This document shows positions 25,768 to 36,943 of a stretch of DNA of 64,000 nucleotides, in pieces (positions within the stretch are counted from its first letter, which is position 1; every line of letters starts with the position of its first letter). Below the pieces are notes generated by a model, which ran no database searches, had not been told where the DNA came from, and saw only the letters and a list, made by a program, of their open reading frames with translations. The stretch covers positions 248,001 to 312,000 of the forward strand of contig NMRA01000484.1 of NCBI GenBank assembly GCA_002633005.1, given 5' to 3'. The DNA comes from Phoronis australis. Taxonomy: Eukaryota; Animalia; Phoronida. The translations under genes and the position numbers were made by a program.

Positions 25768-26430
25768 TAGGATCAAAAAACGGACAATCGCCGCACAAAT
25801 GAAAAAGTTCATATTAATTCAACATTTCGTCTATTCGTTAGACATCATCAGGTTAAAAACAATAAGACATCAAGTGCCGAAATACGAGTCATGTTACATT
25901 CATGAAGTGAAACGAGTGTAGTAACAATGACAGGAAATAGTAAATAAGTCCATCACTGAGCTCTGCATGTTATTCGGAGAACCAGCAGCCTGCTGGTCCT
26001 GACTGGCCAATGTAAAGTCATTACTGTACAAGTTCTTTACAGATTACACTGAGTGAATTAGCTTGGTGATTGTTACTGACACATTGCCTATAGCCGTTGC
26101 GTTTTTCTGAGGTGAGATGTTCTGTCAATCTGTCACTGAGGTGTCTCTGTGTAAGTCCGATACAGAATTCATTGCAATTACCACATTCAACCTTAAAAAA
26201 ACAATGCTATTGTTTAACAAAGGGATATGTGACTTCAGTTTACATAGCTATATTGGATAGTTTACAAAGAGATTTCAACGACTGGGTCCATACAATGTAC
26301 AAGACGAAATAATTGACGATTCAACTTCAGACTACCAGGCCCAGTGTAACCAAGAGAAAAGAATAGACGAAACGTCGAATTAATGCGAACGCTTTCATTT
26401 GTGCGGCGATTGTCAGTTTTTTTGTCCTAT
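25768..26430 (-). mobile_element. Penelope-like retroelement remnant: GIY-YIG fragment flanked by inverted pseudo-LTRs
   Basis: Minus-strand 26090-26230 reads SIVF-KVECGNCNEFCIGLTQRHLSDRLTEH (Penelope endonuclease, frameshifted); 25768-25836 is the inverted copy of 26361-26430. Confidence 0.8.
25815..25858 (-). ncRNA. Minimal type I hammerhead ribozyme core of the Penelope pseudo-LTR (probably degenerate)
   Basis: CUGAUGA-u-GUCUA-acgaa-UAGAC-GAAA; the sister copy at 26361 keeps GAAACGUC. Confidence 0.6.
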
Positions 26431-27089
26431 TATGGCCAACTGATGTAATGATTTAGGGTGTATCAAAGTAACCCTACCGCGGACGGCGAGATACGGAGTA
26501 ATAGAGGGAAAACAATAGCAAGTTGGTATACACTTTCGTATATTTCCTAGAGTGAAAACAAGGCCTCAGGTCAAGAATCACTTTATTAGAGGCCAGTTCA
26601 CTCTATTTGGGTCTTGCATTGAAATGATACACTTTGACTAGGGTTCTCACTCTTCATGAATTTGCCACAATAATACGGAATTGTCTGCCGCTACAGTTAT
26701 GCACCGAGACTTTTAGCCTGAGTTTCTGAGCGCATGGATTCTACTTCATCTCTCATACACATCATTACCATGCGTTTTATTTGCTTGTATGGGGATAAGT
26801 TACGCGATTACGTGGATTGGTTGAAGCGTTCGAAATACCCTACACGTTGGTCTGGTGGATTTGCGGCCGGGCCACGACAAAACTTTCACATAAAAGCCCT
26901 ATGTGGATGTGGTGTCATATTCAAGTAACTGGTCCGGCGGGCCAGCACATGTATTTGCTGAAACTCGAACACTGATTGGTTGTCCAGTTTGTACGCTTGA
27001 TCGGACCATATGAGCGTAAATAGGGATGGCCGCCAATAGACTGTTTAAGAAATGGTTCGCGCGGATAGCATCTATTGCCTTCACGTTAC

Positions 27090-27560
27090 AGGACAAAGTC
27101 ACAGACAAAAATGTACAGGCGAAACTGTAAATCCTAGTATGTACAATATCCTGAGCCCAAGACGGTTACTCTGGCTCAGCCTCTTAATTCGTATGGAGGA
27201 TGGAAGGATACCCGATGATCTTCTTCATAAAGAATTGGAAGATGGAAAACACCCAACAGGTAGGCACCACCACTCCTACAAGCCGTGGTCAAGAGAGACC
27301 GGTATATCCTTGCAATCGACCTTTGATGAAGCGACGCAACCTGAGGCAAACCATGATGTCGTCAGTTGGTGGAGAAAGGCCTTTCATTATTTAAAGAGTC
27401 ACGCACGCAACAGTCCGGTGAAAAGTCGTAGGAGAAGGAAAGCGCGCGAACAAGGAACTTGAGCCAAGCAGCTTCTGGGTTAATATATGTCATCTAAGCC
27501 AATGGACTCTCGATCACTCCCGAACAGAACTGAATAGTTACACACGACACTGCATCGTAT
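27090..27560 (+). mobile_element. RTE (BovB-like) LINE 3' fragment
   Basis: RRLLWLSLLIRMEDGRIPDDLLHKELEDGKHPTGR...YK matches the RTE ORF C-terminus RRLRWLGHVxRMxDxRxPKxLLxGELxxGxRxxGR. Confidence 0.8.
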
Positions 27561-27709
27561 ATCTACATGTACCTAGAGTGCAACACCGTAGGTTCATGAG
27601 ACCAACCAAGTCGACCACGCCAACCTTGACTACGTTGGCCTCATAAAGTCGGACTTTATCAAAAACCCGAACACTTTGCAACTGAAAGTAACAGAAATGA
27701 AATTCTAAC

Positions 27710-27752
27710 GTGTAACCAGAGATCTTCTTGTACTGAAGATCTCTGGTGTAAC
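27710..27752. repeat. Tiny hairpin flanked by direct repeats (micro-MITE-like)
   Basis: gtgtaac-cagagatcttc-ttgtact-gaagatctctg-gtgtaac. Confidence 0.7.
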
Positions 27753-27951
27753 TTCAACGAAATGTTTTGCATCAGACAACAACTGCAGTCACTGCAGAGT
27801 ACTGCATAATACAGAGTTGAGGGTGGTTTGTGGAATCTTTTTTCACTTAAAGAAATTTACTCGAAATCTTAAGTCGATCACGTAGTTTTTATATCAAGAT
27901 CAATCGATCTCCATCATGTTTTGTTTTTGGTATAATAACCTCATTTAAACA

Positions 27952-30336
27952 TCACAATCGTATCTTCCTTACGGTTGGACTGTTAATTGGCGCAAGGGGT
28001 GCCTGTATGTCCACATCTTTTCGGCTTCTTCCTTGACTTCTCTCCCTACGTCTACCTCTGACATCAGACTCTGTTTTAGGCCTTTTAATAGCAGTCTCTT
28101 CCCTTTTCACGCGGGAGCCCTTGATGGATTTCGGGAATTTGTTGCCTGAACCATCTAACGTAATATCCGTTCCGGTCAATGTTGTCACATATCGCGAACA
28201 CAATCCTCCACATTTGCTGTATTGCATGTCTTCGCGTTTCAGACAACTTGACGTCGGATTTCGACGAGGAACGTATGCATTCCAAAGCAACGGCGTTTGC
28301 GAGAAAGAGCCTGACGCGTTAAGTGACAAATCAACATGCGTTAAACTTTTCGTGTATCGGTTGCAGACTCCATCATTTTTGTAAGACATGCCCGACGAGT
28401 AAATCGAGTCTTCCCCAGGAGCATTTTCACCGAGCTCTTTGAGAGATTGACCTATGTCAGCCACCATTTTACGATACTGGGAATTAGCTCTCGGTCTCCT
28501 GTTGTACGCGGTATCTGTGTTGTCCATTTTGCGCTGGTACCGGGTTCTTGAGAATGACCCTGATGCGTTCAAGGAACGATCGACATGCGTCAACGTTTTG
28601 GAGTAGCGATCACACAAACCTGGCTTCTTTACATGTCTGTTTCTACTTTCGTTGCATTTACGTGTCTCCTGGTGTTCGTTCGCGTTCCTCGACGACTGCG
28701 CGTGCTGAAGTTTGTCTGACACCAATCCCTGGTAAGGAAGCATGCCTTTTGGAAGGTTAAGCTTTTTCGTTTCTGAAAAAGACCCTGAAGCTTCCAGAGC
28801 CAAATCCACATGAGTGAGACTCTTGGGGTACCGATGACAAACGCCATACTTTGTGTCATACAAAATAGTGCTATTGAAATCGATTGTCTGAATCGGAATA
28901 GCCCTAGTAGGCTGCTTGGTCGGCATCGTGACATGAACGACGTCATCGTTATTTCCGTTACAAATTCCATGCTCATTCTCCCGCAGTGTTCTTTTAACTT
29001 GTCCGCCTACCCTTCCTGACGACGTGCCGGAACATGGGGACCTGCATTTGGAAAGTGGCATCTTATTTGTACTTGATAACAAACCCGGGCTTTCTACAGA
29101 AACGTCCACTTGTATTAAACTTTTGGGATACTGGTTATAAACATCAGTTGTCTTGTCACGACTACTTGTTCGTTTGCTTGACTCTGCACCTTGTGACAGA
29201 GAGTCTAGGTCCCTGCTCGTGTGAGATGTCATACCCTTCGGCTGATAAAGTTTTCTCCAATCTGAAAATGACCCGGAGGCGTCAAGAGCCGGGTCGACAT
29301 GTGTTAAACTCTTGGGGTATTTATGACAAACGCCTCGTCGACTATCATACAACAATCTTTTAGAATGACCCACGACGTCGGATGCGCAGTTTTCTTGTTT
29401 TCTGTCATTAAGAAGTCTGTCAGCAATCTCTGTACTACGATGTTCATGTCCCAAATGCCCAGACATCACCCCTTTAGTTTGCGAAAAGGAACCTGAGGCT
29501 TCAAGAGCCCGGTCGATATGTGTCAAAGTCTGAGGGTACCGGTAGCACACCCCTGACGTTTTATCATATTTGAACTTCGAATTGGTGCCTTCTGTTGTAT
29601 AAGATGACTGGGACCCGTCGTTTTCCCGGCATTCCGTTGATCGAGACTGTGTAGTTTTTGCGTATGAGAACATAACTTGCGATTTATTCAGTTTGTTTGT
29701 ATTTGAGAAGGAACCGGAAGCACCAAGAGACATGTCTACATGTGTCAAGGTTTTTGGGTACCTGTGGCACACTCCCTCATTCTTCCGATACAGAACTTCA
29801 TTTCCACTAAATGGCGACGCTTTCACTTCGGGCTCCCCTGCGTTTGGTTTGTGTTGACTTTCTTCTATACCAAGAATAGCAGAAGTTTCATCTCCTACCT
29901 CTCTCTCATCAACATTAAAGACGTTTGTTGGAGAATACGAGATTTCTTTCTCTTTACTGCCGCAAAATCTTTCTGTGTGAGCAACTGCTGGTGTGTTTTC
30001 AGACACTATGTCTATCACCTCACCATTATCAGTGGGGAAGGAGTCTGGTAATACCGCTCTGATCATGGTGTCGACATATTCCCGAACCTTTTCATTTAGA
30101 TTCCTCAATCGAGACGGTGTCGCGCCTGCATAAAAGAGCTTGTCGTTGGACAAATTCCGTTCGACGTGTGTTTGTGAGTCAGTCCGGAAACCTCCCTCGC
30201 TGTTTCTGCTAAACATCTCTTCGAGTTCTCGAGGTTCTTCAGAGTGCGCTTCATGCTGACTGTGATCAAAATGGTTAGTAGAAACTTCAGAAGTTTTATC
30301 GACAACCTCCTTTTCATCTTCTGTAGAAATCGACAT
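27952..30336 (-). CDS. Uncharacterised intronless 794-aa protein with 8 copies of a ~30-aa GVCxRYPKxLTHVDxSLxASGSFS repeat
   Basis: 2.4-kb uninterrupted ORF; repeats conserved as protein but diverged as DNA; paralogous to 33473-36943. Confidence 0.85.
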   Translation of the reverse strand: MSISTEDEKEVVDKTSEVSTNHFDHSQHEAHSEEPRELEEMFSRNSEGGFRTDSQTHVERNLSNDKLFYAGATPSRLRNLNEKVREYVDTMIRAVLPDSFPTDNGEVIDIVSENTPAVAHTERFCGSKEKEISYSPTNVFNVDEREVGDETSAILGIEESQHKPNAGEPEVKASPFSGNEVLYRKNEGVCHRYPKTLTHVDMSLGASGSFSNTNKLNKSQVMFSYAKTTQSRSTECRENDGSQSSYTTEGTNSKFKYDKTSGVCYRYPQTLTHIDRALEASGSFSQTKGVMSGHLGHEHRSTEIADRLLNDRKQENCASDVVGHSKRLLYDSRRGVCHKYPKSLTHVDPALDASGSFSDWRKLYQPKGMTSHTSRDLDSLSQGAESSKRTSSRDKTTDVYNQYPKSLIQVDVSVESPGLLSSTNKMPLSKCRSPCSGTSSGRVGGQVKRTLRENEHGICNGNNDDVVHVTMPTKQPTRAIPIQTIDFNSTILYDTKYGVCHRYPKSLTHVDLALEASGSFSETKKLNLPKGMLPYQGLVSDKLQHAQSSRNANEHQETRKCNESRNRHVKKPGLCDRYSKTLTHVDRSLNASGSFSRTRYQRKMDNTDTAYNRRPRANSQYRKMVADIGQSLKELGENAPGEDSIYSSGMSYKNDGVCNRYTKSLTHVDLSLNASGSFSQTPLLWNAYVPRRNPTSSCLKREDMQYSKCGGLCSRYVTTLTGTDITLDGSGNKFPKSIKGSRVKREETAIKRPKTESDVRGRRRERSQGRSRKDVDIQAPLAPINSPTVRKIRL

Positions 30337-30723
30337 TTGTTTTTTCTCAGTTTTGCAATATTTAGCAGTGGACAGTCATTTGCAAAAACCAAACGCAAAA
30401 TACTATCAAGCACGTGAATGTGTAATGGAAATCGCATTTTTAAAGATTGTTTTATTAGTGATATGATTGATGGTCGCACATGAATTTATCTATTCCTCGT
30501 ATCCACCAATGGCCCCAACACCCACTGTAACAAAACATACGTTTCTTAAAAGAGAATGCCACCCGATTTAATTAGTCTTTTTTACCCTCTTAATCGGTCT
30601 ATATGCACCTAACCTCGTATACGGTAGATCTTACCTCGCCTATAAAGGTGTCGCGTTAATATGTGAGGAAGGTGAGAAACGACACAGTGACGTCAGTGGT
30701 TCTTCTGCAGAGTGAGTGCCGCT

Positions 30724-30930
30724 ATGGTGTGGTGTATCGTTCCCGCTTGTGCGAACTATGAAGCTGCGAGGAAAGCGGGTGTATCATTTTTTCGATTTCC
30801 TCGAGAACCAATAATGCTTCGGAAGTGGCTTGCGGTTGTGAAGAATGAAAAGTACGCCGTCAATACCAAATACGAGGCCGGGAAACTTGTCCGTGTCTGT
30901 CATTGGCCTGCATTTCGTCGGATCGGTTGT
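30724..30930 (+). pseudogene. THAP zinc-finger remnant, probably from a DNA transposon
   Basis: MVWCIVPAC.N....GVSFFRFP......KW...VK...RVC; removing 4 nt (catt, 30901-30904) restores C-G-L-H-F. Confidence 0.8.
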
Positions 30931-33472
30931 TGATCACTTTTTGATTATGGAGATTTATAGTTGGCCATGAAAGCATAAACAATTACAATTAATTCAAGGC
31001 GTAAAAACATAACGTTTTATATAACCTGTTTGATGACTGACTCGTTCGTGAGGATTCTGTTTGGTCCTATCCGGGTGTAGGATGTTTTCGCCAATTCGTT
31101 TTCTCAGCCCTAAAAACGTCGTAAGCACACTTCTGAGACAAACCTACGCTTCTCCAAAAAGGCGTTTCATGTGCGGAATTTTGTGGAAGCAAACGCACGC
31201 GTCAGTCTTTTCCGTTATCATGCAGTTAATTAGCTCACCGACACCATGGCAACTCATTCAAACGGTTTGCGGAACTATCCATATGTTCCGTTGAGTATGC
31301 ACGTTCACGGAGCCTCTCTATTATTTTTTATCAGTGTATTCCGGTTTGAACTGATAGCCTGTGAAACGTAACGCTCGACCTGTGAAGTCTTCGTCGGATG
31401 AGCACTCGTCTAAGTCGGGATTTGCGCGTAATGCCACGTTGACGTTTAATATCGTGGGTTCTGTTTCAAAATTAATTCTTCTCACCCCAACCAATGCTTA
31501 TATACAACTTAAACAAAGTCTGTCTCATTAGATACAATTTATGATGCATTGGAGTGTTCGTGAACGCAAATATTTTGAGAAGCCAGCAATGAATAAATCA
31601 CTGCGTTACCGGCTTTAGATACAATAAACTAATTGTCCGAGCACCGAGGCCGTGTGAGCGCATGCTAATGAAGTGTTTGCTGAGAGAAAACTGTTGTGAA
31701 ACAATAACTCGATTTTATATCCTATGGTCAGATGTTAGGGGAATCTTTATTTAGATATTCGAGTCATTGTTACTGTACAACTTTTGCCCTGACGGGCTTT
31801 GGAGGGTTAACCTAGCTGACTTCGCGGCCCCCGACGCGTTAGTGAGTAGATTTACAGTCTTGCACCAAAATAATCACGTGCACAAATTTTCTTTGGCTCA
31901 CTAGTATAGTATTTTTGTGACTGGAAGCTTAGTTTCCAACTTTGGCTGGTTAATGTTCGTGATGTCTTCAGTCCGGCCGCGATAGGCATGATCCGATCAT
32001 CGGGTGCCGAGCCACTGGCCGGGATAGCAAGCGTTTTGTGCTTTTAGAACTGAAAAAATCGCAAGTCTAAAATTACAACATACAGCTATATTCTTCTGTC
32101 TATATTTCACGGACGAACAATTTCAATTTATCACCGAACAGACCCCAAACTCCCACGACCGACCTTCGTAAATTGGTTACGGTACGTTCAAATACCTAAA
32201 AATCCGTAACAGCGAAATAAAATAACACGATTATATAATTGCTCGATGTATTTGTAAGGGTTTTACATCGAATTTTGATGATTTATTGGTGTAAAACGAT
32301 GAATTCAAGCGATAAGCCGACACCAGTAAGGGTGTTGTGAAGTGCTGAACAGACTGCATTCGAACCTCTGACGTCATTGGTTAATTTGAACACCTCCGTC
32401 TACAGTCAGCTGTCAGGTAAAAGAGATGTACTTGCTGCCATCGAGTGGAACTACTCGATCTAAATTGATAAAAACTTAGTTGATTTTTGGGGGTATTATG
32501 TTATGAGTCATTGGGATATTCGTGTGTCTGTGGATGGTCGTAAGTAGTGTGATGTTTAACTCTCTGTTGATAAATTGTCGATACATTGCTGATGTCAAAC
32601 ACATGCAGATCAAACGGCGATCAATATGGCGTTCACATGTGCAATTCTTATAAAATTGGGCGCCAGATCAAAGGCCAGACCAGACACTTAAGACGAGCAT
32701 TTACAAAAGCGGTGTATCAACTGCTTTGAGACCAGGAACTACTCTTTGTATTCGAAAAATCAAACTCGATTTTTGCCATGTTGCGTTCTACTTTAATTAC
32801 AAACTCAGGACCAGTGTATAATTATGTGCTTGTCTATGTTATGTTTTACGTGGATGACTGTCTAATCCTGGTTTGAGCTTGATGACCTCAGCATTATTAA
32901 AGCTGGAAGGTCGAAATTTCGATTTTTACTCAAAATCTCGAGATTTTATTTGCGTTTGTAGCTCAAATGTGGTGGTCATCAAGTTCTCATCTGCGGAAGC
33001 TATAACGTAACAACGGACACGTATCTTGAAATGGAAAATGGCAAAAATAAGTTCGAGTTCCAGACCCCGTCAATCATGGGTCATTATCATAGGCGAAAAG
33101 AGCCCCGACCACAAGTTACGTCATTGGAATGCACCCTTCTCAAGATAACGTTTAAAACTGGTACTTGAAAGCAAAGTATTTTAGCTGGAACGTTCTAACA
33201 AGTCACACAAAAGCATTGGGCTGCTTTTCACTGGGAAAGAAAGAGGGTTCACGCATGACGTCACAGCTTATGAATGCGACAATCGGTAACTTTTAAACGG
33301 TATCAGGCTCGTCGTGTGAACAGAACCTTCTACCTAAACAGTTTCAAACTTATGTTCGTGTGAAGACAGCTTTTATCATTTTACGGTTTACCATAGACAT
33401 TGTTTTTTTCAATAAGAACGTCACAACCAATTGGTCTCAACGTTCTAAGTATAAACAGAAATGAACAGGACA

Positions 33473-36400
33473 TCAGTCTGCGATGTCGTCGATCTTTAGT
33501 GAAACCAGTGACGTATTAGAAACATTCGGGGATATCTTTATCTCAACTCCGATACTCCTAAACGAAGAACAGTCGACGTCGTTTAAATTAGTTGGGCTTA
33601 CGCACACATTTATCCCAAGGCTTGGACACGCGAGGTGGGGCCCGGGACTCTTTTTCCTGGTACATAATACCCGGGTGTCCTGTTGCTCAGCTAATTCACT
33701 AGGAGAAGTACTTGGAGAAACCTGGATTTCCACTCTAAATGGTTGCTTCTCATACACGGCGAGTGGTTTATTTGGTTGGTCAAACACACAAACCGGTGTT
33801 GAAGCTTGATCCTTGGCTTTGTGAGTTACGTTGTGTTCACATGTCCTAAAAGTTGGTTCTTCGATTTGAGTCCCGAATTGCTCTTCGTAATAAAACGCAG
33901 CGTTCGTAGGTTCTTGTACGTCCTTCCCAACTACCAACCCGAAAGCTCCCTCTTCTTGCACTGAAGTTTCGTCTGCGGTTTTCACGACGCTTCTGTCAGA
34001 CTGGAACTCGTACTTAAACCCTAGTTCCTCAGTATATCCTTTCAAAATCTTGGGGCATACGCCTTGGTTGCGATCATACAGAACATTTTCCCTTTCTAGT
34101 CGATAAAACGTTGCTTCACGGTTTTGCGCAAGACTAAGGCGTTGTTTGAATGTGGACATCGGTATGCACTTCACTGGTTGGTCTACTCTTCGCCACGTTG
34201 GCGGTATCGGTTGGGGTGATTTTGATCGTCTACCAGGCGACGGGGATCGAGATGATTTCCCGCGAAACCCTTCGCGAGACACTTGACTTGCACTAATCTC
34301 TCGAGCGCTGTCTATAGGAACAAACAAACGCCGTTGGTTTTTCAGAAACTGTTGAACATTTTGAAACCTCGGACAATCGTCTCCGTACTTTTTCAAAGAG
34401 CTGTAACAAGCACTGTTGTCATTCTTTGACTTGTCAAAATCCAACCGTTTTTCAGGTGCTCCTACTGACGTGTCTTTGTGTTGGGAGTTTACCATCTTTC
34501 CAGTAACCCGTTGGTCGCGAAAATTGTCTTTAACTTTCTGAAGAAACGGTGTTCTTTTGTTGCCAATATTGTTACCGGCCACGGCAATCCCGGCCTCCCT
34601 TTTTATAGACGAATTCAATTGTTTACCGGTGGCCGCGGTGTACAACCTGTTGTCTGCTGTCTCGGAAAAATGTACTTTCTGCGGTTGTATACTATTCTCC
34701 TGGGTCTCAAAGGCCACGTCACTAGTTGCATTGCCGTCTTCAGGCTCGTCATTTTGCGGGCTTTCTGCTGTCACACCTCCGATAGTGTAAGACTCCGACT
34801 GCAGCTCCTTCCTTTTGACGTCAGCCACATTCGAGTCTGCAACCTGTGCAGGCACTGATGAAACGGCGCTCAGGTTTGCGTATAGACTGGCGTCATTCCT
34901 GACGTCAGTTTTTGATGGTTCGATAACGGCAATGGCGGGTACATTTAGTTCATTGCTCAAATCAGTATTTGTCCCCACATGTTTTTCATCATTAATCGTC
35001 GAAGAAAATCCGTCGTTAATCGTGACTTGTGAACCCAGGCTATTGCTTATGGATATGTCGACGGACATATCACCAAACTGAAAACCGTAATTGGGCGCTG
35101 ATTGTATTTCACTAGGAGTTTCCTGTAGTAATCTAGTTGACGAGTCCTTTATTTGCACAGTGCCAATTTGGATTTCAGTGTTATCAGTTATTGTGCCTCT
35201 ATGCTCTCCTGGGAGTATGGGGACAATGGGAAACTTGTTTACCTCTTCCTTATTTTCGAAGTCCTGTTTTTCCTCAGCTTCAGGATTCTCAAGGTTTTCT
35301 ATCGATGAAGCAGTTTCAAAGTAATTCTGCGTTTCTCTTTTCTTTTTGGATTCACAAGATGGTGCTAGTGCTTGTAATGCAGTTAACGTGGCTGATGAAT
35401 CCCCCTGGCGTGTAGTGCTTCCACAATAGGCACAGACTATTTCACTACTGGTATCTCCAACATTTTTCAGAGCACCTCCGCTGTCCTCATCGTTCCTCTG
35501 TATCGCACCAGGCCCTTCGGCCTCGGCTCGTGAACTATGGAGCGTCATGGAAGAATCGAATTCATTCGCATTGTTTTTACTTAGGCTAAAAAGTGCGTCA
35601 TCTTCGCACTGTATATCTTTACTGGTCTCTGCCTCGGAGGTATCTTTTACTGCCAGGTATTCTGGATTGGACAATATTGCTGACGACACTTCTCGACTAC
35701 TAGATGACAACTCCTTATTGCTACTGACATCATCGAACCCTTGGAGGTCACAGACTTGTAAAACCTCAGAGACATAAGTGAGACTTCCGGTTTGGGCAAT
35801 TTGCTGATCATCGCACGGGCGTACTAAAATGGTTTCAGTATTTTCCGCTTGCTTCACGTCGGCATTCAGTTCTTGGATCTCCTTCACCTCATCGTCACAG
35901 AGCGTCGCTTCCACATTGTTTGGTTCCGTCAAAACAGGGAAGGTTGTGGACCCCGCACAATGTGGCTCCACGACGACGCCATCCGGTTCCCTATTGAACG
36001 ATGCGTCGGTTTTAAGCTCACTGTTTGGAGATAAAGTAACAGTTTTACAACCTGATAATTCATACTGTTTTATTGTACGTGGCTCCGTCTCATGCGGTTT
36101 CTGCCCTCTGGTTTGTATGTTTTTTGTTTGCGGTGATTGCGAGGTCAGCTCTGTAGGAGATGATTTGCTCTGATAGGCCTTCCTCAAGGCGGAAAGTGGT
36201 TGAATATACTGAGTCTGTGGAACACTCTGGACGTTACCTGGAATGTAATCTGGAGTCATATCGGCTCTCTTCGCAGCCCCCGTGTTTGTGTTCCGGCTTT
36301 CCCCCGATCCTACAGGGGTCCTATACCGCTGTTGCCTCACAAATGTTTTCCTTTGGGACAACCTTGTCGCTCCAAATCTGTCCTTTACCGAGTGTTCCCG

Positions 36401-36943
36401 AATCAAAGAATCGTTTTTTTGGATGTGCAATGAGGTATTTCTAATGGCTCCCTGGTAAGGAAAACATTTTAAATACTTCGGGCACACACCGTGGGTTTTT
36501 CCGTACACCATGTTATCTCTGTCAAGACACCCAGTCGACTCGATTTTGACATCAGCAACAGACGTGTCATCCGCATCTTCTGCTTTTGTCTTTGTTTTGA
36601 TGTAACGAGGGCATACTCCTTGAATTTTATCATATGTCATGTTTTTGCGTTTACGAATTTCTGATTCCTGAAGGCGAGCGAGCTCGGTCTTGCGTATCAT
36701 TTTAGTTTCGGAAAAGGAACCTGAAGCATTCAGAGAAAAATCAACGTGCGTCAAACTATCTATGTACCGATGACACACACCCTGGTTTTTGTCGTACATG
36801 ACCTTTTGATCAGGTCTAGTTGTCTTTTTTTCTCCAACGACTGCCGTGGGTGCCTCCTGCCGATCTGTTACAAGAATAACTCTCTTTTGATCAACATCAG
36901 TGGCTCTGTTTGGACTTTTAGTCACCGCCTTTCCATTTTCCAT
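33473..36943 (-). CDS. Uncharacterised intronless 1156-aa largely disordered protein with one full and three half copies of the same repeat
   Basis: 3.5-kb ORF; YDKNQGVCHRYIDSLTHVDFSLNASGSFSET, plus YDKIQGVCPRY, YGKTHGVCPKY and YDRNQGVCPKI; acidic Ser/Thr-rich centre. Confidence 0.85.
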   Translation of the reverse strand: MENGKAVTKSPNRATDVDQKRVILVTDRQEAPTAVVGEKKTTRPDQKVMYDKNQGVCHRYIDSLTHVDFSLNASGSFSETKMIRKTELARLQESEIRKRKNMTYDKIQGVCPRYIKTKTKAEDADDTSVADVKIESTGCLDRDNMVYGKTHGVCPKYLKCFPYQGAIRNTSLHIQKNDSLIREHSVKDRFGATRLSQRKTFVRQQRYRTPVGSGESRNTNTGAAKRADMTPDYIPGNVQSVPQTQYIQPLSALRKAYQSKSSPTELTSQSPQTKNIQTRGQKPHETEPRTIKQYELSGCKTVTLSPNSELKTDASFNREPDGVVVEPHCAGSTTFPVLTEPNNVEATLCDDEVKEIQELNADVKQAENTETILVRPCDDQQIAQTGSLTYVSEVLQVCDLQGFDDVSSNKELSSSSREVSSAILSNPEYLAVKDTSEAETSKDIQCEDDALFSLSKNNANEFDSSMTLHSSRAEAEGPGAIQRNDEDSGGALKNVGDTSSEIVCAYCGSTTRQGDSSATLTALQALAPSCESKKKRETQNYFETASSIENLENPEAEEKQDFENKEEVNKFPIVPILPGEHRGTITDNTEIQIGTVQIKDSSTRLLQETPSEIQSAPNYGFQFGDMSVDISISNSLGSQVTINDGFSSTINDEKHVGTNTDLSNELNVPAIAVIEPSKTDVRNDASLYANLSAVSSVPAQVADSNVADVKRKELQSESYTIGGVTAESPQNDEPEDGNATSDVAFETQENSIQPQKVHFSETADNRLYTAATGKQLNSSIKREAGIAVAGNNIGNKRTPFLQKVKDNFRDQRVTGKMVNSQHKDTSVGAPEKRLDFDKSKNDNSACYSSLKKYGDDCPRFQNVQQFLKNQRRLFVPIDSAREISASQVSREGFRGKSSRSPSPGRRSKSPQPIPPTWRRVDQPVKCIPMSTFKQRLSLAQNREATFYRLERENVLYDRNQGVCPKILKGYTEELGFKYEFQSDRSVVKTADETSVQEEGAFGLVVGKDVQEPTNAAFYYEEQFGTQIEEPTFRTCEHNVTHKAKDQASTPVCVFDQPNKPLAVYEKQPFRVEIQVSPSTSPSELAEQQDTRVLCTRKKSPGPHLACPSLGINVCVSPTNLNDVDCSSFRSIGVEIKISPNVSNTSLVSLKIDDIAD

